From: Tubiluchus corallicola
Taxonomy: Eukaryota > Animalia > Priapulida
NCBI GenBank assembly: GCA_030141605.1
Contig: JAQGDQ010000003.1
Span: 2,914,001-2,978,000 of the forward strand
Length of the DNA stretch: 64,000 bases
Direction: 5' to 3'
Shown: positions 12,422 through 50,900 of the stretch, in pieces
Numbering within the stretch: position 1 is the stretch's first letter
How the letters are laid out: every line of letters starts with the position of its first letter
The notes under the pieces: model-generated
Told to the model about the DNA's origin: nothing
Seen by the model: the letters and a program-made list of their open reading frames with translations, nothing else
Database searches by the model: none
Translations under genes and position numbers: made by a program

Positions 12422-13235
12422 GCCATGCAACTAGTAAACTTGATTGCTGCTTGTAGTGGTTAGATGCCTGGAGAACTAACTTCACTAGTTTTAACTGTTT
12501 AACGTTACACTTTTCTGTTTGTAAAATTTATGGCAGTTTACAAGTTTCCCCCCCCCCCCATCTCCCCAATGTTTTTGTAAATGCAGACTTGGTCAAACTT
12601 GGCACTAATAACTTCTCTGAGTGTTTCTTAGGGTAGCATCATCTTTTCATCTTTGAAATGTGCCAACAAATCGGTTACATCAAAATGGGAACAAATATTT
12701 CCAGGACGATAAACTTAGGCAAGTGCGTTACGTTTAGTCATTTACTGGAATTTTTTGACAGCATTGATCAGTAAATTGTCAGCTAAACTACTAGACCTGC
12801 CTTTGGGCTTGAACCTTGAGTCACTTTAGCTGACCTAAATTTCGCGTCCACGTCTATTATAGGCGTCAACCAGGGTGACAAAGCATTTTCTGACCAAGCT
12901 GCTTTGCTTTTCAAATTCTGTGTACGAGTCTCAAGATGTGAAATCTATGAACTTAGTCAGGAACTAAATATAGTAGTGTGTGTCATTTTGTATTCTCTCT
13001 TCTATGTTTTTGCTTATTGAAGTGTGTAATCAATTAAATGCTGTCCTTGTGCTAATGGTGTAGGCTATGTAGCTATCAAATGTTTTTTAGAGTAGCATAT
13101 TCAATTTGCTTTCATACTTAAATTGGACTTTTAAAGGTTTGCAATTTATTTGTTTCAGAACTGCGTTATTGAAAACACCGATTAGTTTCAGCGGTTTGAA
13201 TATTCAAGCAGTGACAGGGTTTAACGGCTTACGCA

Positions 13236-40457
<27,222 letters not shown>

Positions 40458-40552
40458 ACCCTGCTGTTACCCCGGCAACAGTCTCAAAACTTTAAGTGGC
40501 AAATCTGTAATTAGAGAATATGATTGTACTGTTGCCGGGACAGCAGCGGGGT
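40458..40552 (+). promoter_or_regulatory. Stem-loop immediately 3' of the Sec-Gly-stop codons (candidate recoding element)
   Basis: cccggcaacagt (40471-40482) pairs with actgttgccggg (40528-40539); ctgctgt (40461-40467) pairs with acagcag (40540-40546). Confidence 0.55.
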
Positions 40553-40824
40553 GTAAACAACATCGTTGTTATGGTAACAACCAAATAGCTGCACACAGTG
40601 AGAGGCGAGTACTTTGGTTTTTCTGAACTAAAATTGAGCGAATTTCCTAGCTTTTTGATAAATGATAATAAACGCGTTTGTACATAAATTATTATCTAAA
40701 CATGTGACTGGTACATTTGCTTTTTCTACAGCGTGACTTTGTTTTATGTGTTGTCATTATGTAAACTTCCTCTAGCGATGGTACCAATAGCTCAGCTAAG
40801 ATTCACCACCCGTCTAGCCTCTCA

Positions 40825-40900
40825 CTGATGCAAATATGACGAGTTTGTCTTTAAGCCTAGAATTGGGAGAGACAATCTTTGACTCGGCTTTTTGTTGTTA
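40825..40900 (+). promoter_or_regulatory. SECIS element (type II) in the TGR 3' UTR
   Basis: ATGAC at 40836-40840 and TGAC at 40880-40883 form the non-Watson-Crick quartet. Helix II GAGTTTGTCTTT / AGAGACAATCTT is 12 positions with one mismatch. Unpaired AAG at 40853, then a CCTA/TGGG ministem. Confidence 0.88.
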
Positions 40901-41253
40901 CTTGTTGTTAAAGATTTTTTTGTGCGAAGTTTATTATCTTCTATGTGGAAACTTTTTCATAAAACGTTTGTTGAATGTCTAACATTCCAGGTTTTGTATA
41001 AGCAAGCTTTTCCTCTATTCTATTATATATGCAGCGAAATAATGAATTTGTTTAAATAATACTAGCATTTTCTACTACATTTTAAAAGTTAACGGTAGTG
41101 TCTTTATATAATGAAAGTGAAAGGAAGCCATCGAGGTTACCGGTGTGTGTTAAGATTGTTGAATTAACAACGGCTCCTTTTAAACGTAGTGAACGTTTGC
41201 TGAAATATCATCCTGTACTGCACAGGAGCAGCTAAAACATGGCTTTCAACACA

Positions 41254-41704
41254 CAGTCAACCTTGGATATAAGGGTCACTTCCGGACCTGAACAAACCGT
41301 CCTTTATATCCGATGTTCCTTATAGCCGAAGTTGAGTCAGACCGAGGCTGTATCTAGACCTGTACTTTTCTGTTCTTTTACACATATTTTTATGGATTTT
41401 TGTTACACATTCAGTGCAAACTGTATGTAGGAAGTGCCTTCAGTGATGCAAGATGTATGTGATCGCGGAAACTGAGCTGTTCGAAGGCCGAGTTTGCGAA
41501 AAATTGAGGTTAAAAATCAGCCATAGGGTCCCTTATAGGCGAGGTAGTTTACCTGGGTTTCCATTATGCGGAACCTGAAGATATCGTCCCTTCTAGCCGA
41601 AAGTTCCTTATATCCAAGTACTTATATACGAAGATTTTTACATAGGAAAAAAGTTACGAAAAATTGGGACCGGTATTTGTGGTCTTTGTACCCAAGGTTG
41701 ACTG
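41254..41704. mobile_element. Tc1/mariner-pogo MITE
   Basis: cagtcaaccttgg / ccaaggttgactg-ta. Confidence 0.8.
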
Positions 41705-42561
41705 TAGTTTTGCTGAGCAATGTTAAGAAAATGATAATATCCGCACTTATACTAAAGTTTCGTGAATTTAAAAGTACCCTAATATTTAAAATTCTTATCA
41801 ATTTTCTAGTATAAAGTTACTTTAGCTTGTGCTGCATGTTACTACTCCGAGTGAGCCCCATAATTTCATTAGCCTGGAGACTCCAAAAGGTCATAATCCA
41901 GCCATTTGTGTAATGTCCATTAGTCTGAAACTTGGTACATACTTCAGTTATACTGTATTATATATTGCTTACTGTCTAACTACTTTTACCATTAGTAAAC
42001 GACAAACTGCGCTATTGTATGTGATGTATTTATTACCTGTATTAAAGTTCTTTCGTAACTAACCCAGTGTGTTGGTACATAACTAAGCAAGTAGTTTTTA
42101 GTGATTATTTCATCAGTATTAATGGTAATTTTACCTTTGATATCTTCTGGCAATCCTTTCTGTGAAGGACAGTATGAAATAATGAAGTGACCATCAGTTT
42201 TGAGCACAAAATACTGATGTGCCTCTTATCCTGTGTGCATGTTACGAAAATTTTTGACAACGTTCATTTTTATGTTCAGTCTGGAAATTTTTTTCCAGCA
42301 TATTTGGTACTTCTTGATGTTAATACAATTTTTACCTCAAAGTAGCTATTTTGTCAGAAAATTGTGTATGACTGTGTGTATGACTTTAACTTTTAAGAAT
42401 GGTTCAAAATTAGCATAAGATACAAACAGAGGCATTATTTACTACATAATCAATGCATTGGATTTGTGAGTTTCATAATTGTAAATCAGTACAGTTTAAC
42501 TCCAAAGTAATGGAATAGAATATATAAGTTGTAAGAAATCTACTATACCAACTTCAGCATA

Positions 42562-43397
42562 CAGTCAAACCACGTTATAATGCCCCTCCTTATCATGCCA
42601 ATCTCGCGTAATGCCCAAATTTTCAGCATATATTTGCATAAATGTGTATTAAAGGACAAGAAAAGCGGTACCTGAAATTAGGTTTTAAGTCTCTTTAAAA
42701 ACCATATTACTTTATAGCAATTTTATGTGCATATTGTCTTATGTTAAAAGGATTTTTTGTTTGTTGTGCTTTTAAATCCCCCCGCAATACTATTCCAACC
42801 GCGCCATTACGTGACGTCACATACGCACAACGTAAATCTCAGGGAAATGTTAAATTGTCCCAAAACTTTCCATGCAAAGTTATATTACTTAGCATTTCGG
42901 TTACCTGCTTGAAAGACTTATGTAACGAGAAAAGAAAATTATTAATTATTTAAAATGTTTTCACCAAATGGTAAAATGTCGCCGACTCATCCTCCAGCGT
43001 GCACCACTCACTGACCAGAAACCGTATTTTTACTCTTATTGACAAGGTACAGTAATTTAAAATTTTACTTGGTTAGTGACGTATGCGCTACGAATGCTTT
43101 GATTATTTTTTCAAACTTTACTCAGTGTTAATCTAAACTTATTTCAAATAGCCAATCGTCAAAATGGCTGCATCTAACGATCATTGCGGAAGTTTAAATT
43201 TACCTGTTATGCAGGGTTAATGCTGACGCAAGCCCTGTGTGCAAAAAGGCAGCGCGTAAGTGCTATAAAATTTCAAGACGAATTTTTTAAGCTTCATGTA
43301 AGTGAAGGGTTTTCTTGTGTTTCTCATTATGCTAAACTCGCTATAAGACCAACTTTATTTGCAGTCCTAAATTAAGTGGTATAAAGAGATTTAACTG
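42562..43397. mobile_element. pogo-like MITE, possibly with a nested insertion
   Basis: ta-cagtcaaacc ... gatttaactg-ta; related short copies at 27609-27783, 37367-37544, ~18117. Confidence 0.6.
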
Positions 43398-43613
43398 TAC
43401 TGCATTCATTGTTCTAAAGACTAGTTCACATTCAGTACGCAACATTACATAATTTCCAATGAAATTACAACTTACCATAAATACAAATCGTTTACATGAA
43501 CGATACAATAAAATGAATGTAATGCAAAACCATTAACCAAAACAAATTCGGTCCCAATTGCAATACTATATATACAAGATTTCAACAGTAGAATAAAATG
43601 CATGTAATGTGAA

Positions 43614-44016
43614 CAGGGGTGTATTAACCAATAGGCTAACTAGGCTATAGCCTAGGGCGACACATTTTAGAAAAAATGCACCTTGGAAAACGAGTATACT
43701 TTCATATTCACGTAAACAGCACATTTTATAACACACCGTACGCAGTTCCTGAGCGTAGCTTTTATATAAGCGCCACATAACGAACAGGTGCAAGGTATTA
43801 CACAACAAGCAGTTGTACAGCCTGCTTGAATATAAGCGCTATGCAAATACATGTAATTAATAATGACCATAATGATTTAGGTTAATAAGCTTTCTAATAC
43901 AACACAAGTAATTGTTTAATCTGCTCATTACATAAAGAATCAATAAATTCACTATAGAGATGGGCGGGACAGAACTATCAGCCTAGGGTGTAGCGTAAAG
44001 TCGTAATACGCCCCTG
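43614..44016. mobile_element. hAT-like MITE
   Basis: caggggtgtatta / taatacgcccctg; TSD aatgtgaa/aacatgaa. Confidence 0.78.
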
Positions 44017-45913
44017 AACATGAAACCATCAACCAAAACAGATTTGGTGCCAAATGCAATACTATAAAATAAGGCTTCAAATTCAGATTTCGGTTAAGTC
44101 GCTAGCGCTTTTATGATTAATAAGCTAAACTTTTACATCACATAGCAGAAGATGAGACATTACTAAAAATTAACATGTGTTTTTCCCAATGGAAATGATA
44201 CATAAGTGGAACCGATTAGTTTAATTAAACTGGAGTTTAAACTTCTACATGTGATCATAAGAGAAGACAATCTGATATATGGTTGACGATAATCGCTCAA
44301 GTTTAACGATGCAAAATTTTCTATAATTAAACAATGTGTACATCTTCGGAGCACACAGTCATTAAACAAAACTGTTTGCTAGAACTGCTTGTAACAAGAT
44401 GATGAAGTCTTGGATAACCAAGTGACCAGTTCTTTATGAAAGCATAACTGAGATTAGTGATTCTCAGACAAAATTAAATGACCAGTAGCAAAAATAATTT
44501 AAAATTTAAGTATCTTAAATTGTTAAATAAAATTATAAGATTAGTATCAGAAACCATCACACATCTGCAGAGAGAGAAGCTATTGTTAGACTAACAAGAA
44601 AAGATTTCTCTAAAACTGTAAAAACTTTTGCTCAAATTTGAAACAAAATGACATAAAAGAAAAATTAAACACGGCCTGTTTTATGAACTTGATTTTAAAT
44701 TTCAAATATCACAGTAGTAATCAAAACCTTAACAGTTAAACGCAAAAAAACTATTACTGAATAGAATTATTCATATATGGCAAATAAATATAGCTTCTTC
44801 AAAATAAAATTTTATCACTGACTGGTTTCGAACAATTACTATTCATTTTCAAGACGTCTAAAAACAAAGAAATTTCACCGGAATGTAGAAACAACTTAGT
44901 ATTACAACTCAGTAACACAAATATAACAATCTTTATTTTAGATGGCAGACATTACAAAATTGCATAATATGTAATAGTTATTTTTCAAAAAATGTTGTGA
45001 CGAAAGAGCAAGAAAAGACCAAGTGGTCATCTTGTCAACTGCCCCTGTATACAGTAATATTAGCCAAATATTATTTGAAAAGTACAGATAATTTAACAAT
45101 TTTAACTTATACACTACATATTTTTAACTAGATATTTTGGGGAACTTCAGTGACAAAATTGCAGGGTTCTGAAATTGACAATCCTGTTTACAACTAACAA
45201 ATATTCCATTCGAGATTCCAGAAAATTTTCACAAAGCCAAAGATCGTAAAACAAACAGATAGGCTGTTTAATATCAGATCACAAAAAACAAGATTTTGTG
45301 GCGTTGTTTGTTCCATTTGAGGTCGGCAACCGTAGTTTTATTTATGCTGTCTACTACAGTATGTTCAAAATACTTTTCAATTGGTGCCATTACAAAGTAA
45401 AATTGTCTGAAATGTGAAGACACTTAATGAAACTTGTCATCATCTCTTCATACGTAATTCTCGCCTGATTAGCAAGCTCCGTCTTTAATGTCTGTGCCAA
45501 ACAAATAAGATATATTTATTGTTGTTTACTGCATTAATTTTTTAAATGTTTTATTTGTGGAGTGGTAAAATAGCTTTAACTAATAATGTAGTCTGTAAAC
45601 TAAGTTGTTAAATTATCTGTATACACCTACGATCTAACAATATTTCATTCTAAGTTGTCTCTACATTCTGGTAAAATTTCTGCGTTTTTAAATGCCTTGA
45701 AAGTGAACAGCAATTCTTCGAAACCGGCTGATAACAAAATTCTATTTAGAATGTGTCAGCGAATATTAGATAATGTTTAAAAAATATGTAATACAATTAG
45801 CACAATAACGTATTGGAATAAGTACAATGTCTGTTTCTCCACCCCTTAATACAAGAAATCTACTCCTAATTTAAAAACTCAGCACACATGCAGACTTAAA
45901 TGTGCAATACAGA

Positions 45914-46411
45914 CAGTGGCGGCTCGTAGCTAAAATTACTGGGGGTGCTGCAAAATTAAAAAATCTTCAGCCATTAAAATTTTTTAGCCTTTATTTTAAT
46001 ACTGTGTAAAACGAAACAAACATATGTAATTTTAATGTCGTAATTGTAATTTTAAACAGACAAAATAATTTATACATAAACTTGATAAACTCCTAAACAA
46101 AAAATATTGTTTCTTACGAGTAGCCTAAATTGTCGGAGTTCAAGATGCCGAAACACGTCACAACTGACAATACACACTGCGTGAGCGACAGTACTATTTC
46201 TACTTAAAGTGTAGCATATTATCTCAGACATGTGCACTGCAGCCAAACATTGTGTTGCTTGGGCTGTGAAGCAAATTGTACTTCCCTCACGCGCACCGGT
46301 TCCGCACAAGTATAAGGAAAGAACTAAGGAAAAAAGATTATTATATTGATTATTCGATAATAATGAGTGAAAATAGGGGGCGCTGCAGTACCTATTCACG
46401 AGCCACCACTG
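45914..46411. mobile_element. hAT-like MITE (same family as 28416-28889, inverted)
   Basis: cagtggcggctcgt / acgagccaccactg; TSD aatacaga/aatataga. Confidence 0.88.
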
Positions 46412-47015
46412 AATATAGAGCAATTAGAAATCTACGATATTATAAACGGTAAACACTAAAAAGTAATGCTCTAATAACAACTACATCTGCTGTCTTTAAT
46501 CTTCCTCTATAAAAAGTAAAAATAAGGTACACACCAGTGCTAACAAAGTAAAAAACGCACTTTCAAAAACTCCACGACACTAAAATTTTAGCTGGCACAG
46601 AAGCGTATTTAAAAAACTTAAAAACATACAAACTACAAACAGATTTGAATGTATCTAAGCAACTAAAAATGCAAAAATTTTCATTATTCGTCATAAAATT
46701 AGTATTGAATTAAATTCTTTACTGGCAAGACTCTGGCTATCTCCTCGGGTTCATAAAGATTTCACAAAAATGCAATGTAAAAAAATCAATGATTTGCTTA
46801 AAAACAGGTTCAAGAGAAAAAACAGATGACAATTGGTATTTGGGGCATTTAGTATTTACCCAACTTAAAATAGTTTACTCACTCGGGTTTAACAAAAATT
46901 CAACAACAAAGCCTACTTAACTAAAATGGTTGTGAAGAGACCAGAACCTAGCCAATCATCAAAACTAACTGGTAATGATGTTAATGAAAGAAATGGCAGA
47001 CAGCAATACGGCAAT

Positions 47016-47421
47016 TAGGGGTAAGCATCGAATGTTGAATTCGATTCAAATCAGTTTTTTAAGTTCAAATTCGTTTTGAATGTAAAACTATAGATCCGAA
47101 TAATTCAGCACTTCAGCCACAAACGTTCTTTATCATTAAAATGTTTCAAATATCGTGCAATTAGTGTAATTTAGCAGCAATTTCTACGCAAAATTTTTAA
47201 TAAACCAATAGTGGCTCTATTGCAGAACAAGATCAAGGAATATGCATGATATTTGTAAGATCACTTTTTATAGTAGTACTGGTTGGAAAACTTGTTCGCA
47301 AATCTTTCAAACTCAATTCAAATTCGATTCGGATTCAAGATACTAAAATACGATTTGATTCGAATTCGAAACTCGCAAATTCAATTCAAATGCGCTTTCT
47401 GCTAGAGAATGTTCACCCCTA
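47016..47421. mobile_element. hAT-like MITE with ttcga subterminal repeats, 178 bp past the DBF4 stop
   Basis: taggggtaagcat / atgttcaccccta; TSD acggcaat/atggcaat. Confidence 0.8.
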
Positions 47422-47598
47422 ATGGCAATATGGCACATTAAACAGATTTTTCAATGATGACATATTCATTGTACTAACGAGGGACCACTCAGTCAAACGA
47501 GATCCTAGCTGTAATGGTGCCATGCGGAGTATTGACTTAAGCCCCAAAACCTCATAAAGCATGGTAACCTCTATCTTGTGGCATAGTTTAGAACAGCT

Positions 47599-47973
47599 TT
47601 AATCCTGAAAGTCATAGCAGGCGTTTGCTAAGCGCGCTTTCCGTACTCGCTTCGCCGTCTTTGTCACGCCTTCATACACCAGTTTTCTCTTTTTCTTAGA
47701 ACTCACTAGTCCATCACCTGTTTTCCTCACCTCATTTGGTGATTTCAAAGACTTTGAAACACCCGAAGAGCCGCTCGGTTTCTTGCGTCGCGGATATTCA
47801 GACCTACCAGCAAGATACGACAGTTGATAAACTGCCTTTTTTGACGGAGACGAATGCCGTTGCTTAGCAACCTGATGAGGGGAAAGCTTCTTTGCCCTCT
47901 GCAGCTTCTTCTGGGAAAGCAATGGAGATGTGACAGATCTATCACTTCCATCTTTTGCCTGGATCAGGTGCTG
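47599..47973 (-). CDS. DBF4: DBF4 terminal exon, basic (NLS-like KKKRK)
   Basis: ttttagcag NAGNAG acceptor, phase 0, continues into ORF 47599..47922. Confidence 0.75.
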   Translation of the reverse strand, partial: QHLIQAKDGSDRSVTSPLLSQKKLQRAKKLSPHQVAKQRHSSPSKKAVYQLSYLAGRSEYPRRKKPSGSSGVSKSLKSPNEVRKTGDGLVSSKKKRKLVYEGVTKTAKRVRKARLANACYDFQD

Positions 47974-50900
47974 CTAAAAATTCAAACTGCACTTTAAGGC
48001 TCCACCTCAAAACAAAACTGGTTAAACTGAGTTGACGTTCCTGAACACATGAACAGACATCTTGTATGCATGACTTCTTAATTTCGTAACTGCATGCTTT
48101 GTCAGTGAGTTATGTCAACCTAAGTGCCGCACTGAACACTATTAATGCAGAGTAGAGATACGGAATAAAATAATGTATATTATCCTTTTTGTGTACTTTT
48201 AAGCTCAAACAATCTGTTTATTCGTGTCTTTATTAATGGCCTGAAATAGGTTTTAAAAGGTTAATAGATAATTTCATTTGGATAACTAACCTCTGTTAAA
48301 GAAATCATAGTTTGTTTTTTGTAAGTCACCCGTACGGCAAGTGGTTTGATCTGCCAGCTGCCGCCTACTGGCTGCTGGCGTAGCGCACTGACAACACAGC
48401 AGTTAATACTCTGCTAGGAGGTACCTCTAACAATATATGCTGTATTACAAATAATGCCTCCATTTTCATTGTTGTAGCCGGATAGAAATATTCGGCTCCG
48501 GTCGTAAACGATTACTCAGGTACATAATGCAAACACTGTACAATTGTATTGATTTAATCAAATAAACAATAAAATTACCTCTTGTTCAACAATCGAAGTC
48601 TTTTCTTCCTGACTAGTTACACGGTTCTTCTCGTTCTCTGGAACAAATTCAGCTGATGTTTCCTTGGAAGTGTGAGTGGCAAGATTTAAAAGACGAGGCG
48701 GATGTGTACGAGACCTCCTGCATTTTATCCGGGTTCGTTGGGAAAAACTGCGAGACAGGGGTCTAGCATGGTTACTCCAATCAAGAGCAAACATTGTTGC
48801 TTTCCCACTGTCGGAATAATCATGATCATTCGTATCTGATGTTTCCGACAACGCCGACTGTTTGGAAGTAGACGTATGATCACTCCAATCAAAGACCTCG
48901 TACTCACACTGCACACTGCTGTTGGATGGAGAAGGAATGTCAATATGGCACCTCTTCTGTGCAGAGCTGATATTTGCAGGAGATTTTTTGGGTGTTTCTG
49001 GAAGACCAGATGTGATGCTCGAAGACCGAGAAACGTCGCAAGGCAGATTCTCAACATACATTGAACATTTTCTTTTCGGTGTTAATCTGTTGCCTACATT
49101 TAACTCATTAGTAGTTGTAAAGGCCTGGTCAACGTTGGATGGAACACTGGCAAAAGTTGACAGCTTGTTTTCAGTTTTTCGATCAATGAATTTGTTCATG
49201 CTAGTTTCCCAGAATTCGGAATCATTCGATGTATCCGAGGAAAAGCTGATGCTACACAGCTTATCAAATGTCCCGTCACTGCAATCAGTCTTTTGCGGGG
49301 ACACAAAATTCACAACTTTGGCATCTTCAGGAGGCTCTTTTTGACGTGGCGTTTGCTCATCATCTTCGGAAACATTTTTTTCGTTCTGGTCAACTTCTGC
49401 AGCCACTATTGTGACATCGTGATCTTTTTCTGGAACAGGCACTTCTTGGTCCATTTCAAAATCAGAAGAGCAGACATCGGCGGTGTCTTCCTCGTACGAT
49501 ATATCAGAGGCATCGTACCAATCGGCATCCAAGTCATGAAAACCAAGAAAATGCGCAGGTCGAGAATTGTACAGCAGTAGCTTTTTCATGCTGTTTTTCG
49601 ATAAGACAAATCCCCGCGGAACCGGAATTTCGTTACCATGCTGCATGTACTCAAACTCAACTACACTTTGGCCACGGTCATCCTCTTCCTTCACATTGCT
49701 TTGGCCTGTTTCTAATATCTTCCCCGGAGAATAAATGTGAATCTCGCAGGTTTTTTTATTAGGTGAACACACTTCCAGTGTCGCAGGTCCAATGCAGTTA
49801 GTAAATACCAACTCTTTTGCATCTTTACCAGGTGTTTTTATCCTATGAAAGATGACCTCTTCCTCTGCAATTTTATCCCGACTATGTTCTTCAGAAAATT
49901 TCAGGTGACCGATACTCTTGCTAGGTGTTCTCCGTATCTGATCAACGATCTGCTCTGTAGATGTGATCAGCTCTTCAAGCTTTTCATTAATTACATCATC
50001 TCTAATTTTCACACAAGAAGGAACAAGTTCATATGCACTTTCACCTTCGCCAACATCGTCTAAATTAAACATATTTTCACTTTTGCTTTTATGAGGAGTA
50101 TTTGCCACATGTTCACCAATATGTGAAACTTGATTTGAGTGACATTCATACACTTTACTAAGTGACCTGTCTTCACCACTGGATACTTGGCTTCTCTGTG
50201 TATCTTCAAGGTATGGCTTAAGTACAATTGGACTGTCTTCACCACTGGATACTTGGCTTCTCTGTGTATCTTCAAGGTATGGCTTAAGTACAATTGGACT
50301 GTCTTCACCTTGATCTGGTTCGGATTCTTCGATACCGAATTCTCGACTTCTGTCAAAGTTTTCATTATTTAACTTAGCTGAATGTGGATTTTCTTTGTAA
50401 TGACTATGATTGAATCCTTCCACACAGATATCTTGACTTCTATCCATGTTTTCAGTACCTGGTTTACCCAAGTGTGGATTTTCTTCGTAATGACTATGAT
50501 TGAATCCTTCAACACAGATATCTTGACTTCCATCCATGTTTTCAGTACCTGGTTTAACCAGGTGTGGATTTTCTTTGTAATGACTATGATTGAATCCTTC
50601 CACACAGATATCTTGACTTCTATCCATGTTTTCAGTACCTGGTTTAACCAGGTGTGGATTTTCTTTGTAATGACTATGATTGAATCCTTCAACACAGATA
50701 TCTTGACTTCTATCCATGTTTTCAGTAACTGGTTTACCCAAGTGTGGATTTTCTTTGTAATGACTATGATTGAATCCTTCAACACAGATATCTTGACTTC
50801 TATCCATGTTTTCAGTAACTGGTTTACCCAAGTGTGGATTTTCTTTGTAATGACTATGATTGAATCCTTCAACACAGATATCTTGACTTCTATCCATGTT

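Noticed and set aside
13212-13214. In-frame TGA upstream of the TGR ATG as a second Sec codon
   Set aside because: Another in-frame TGA at 13170 and no recognisable redox motif; best read as 5' UTR
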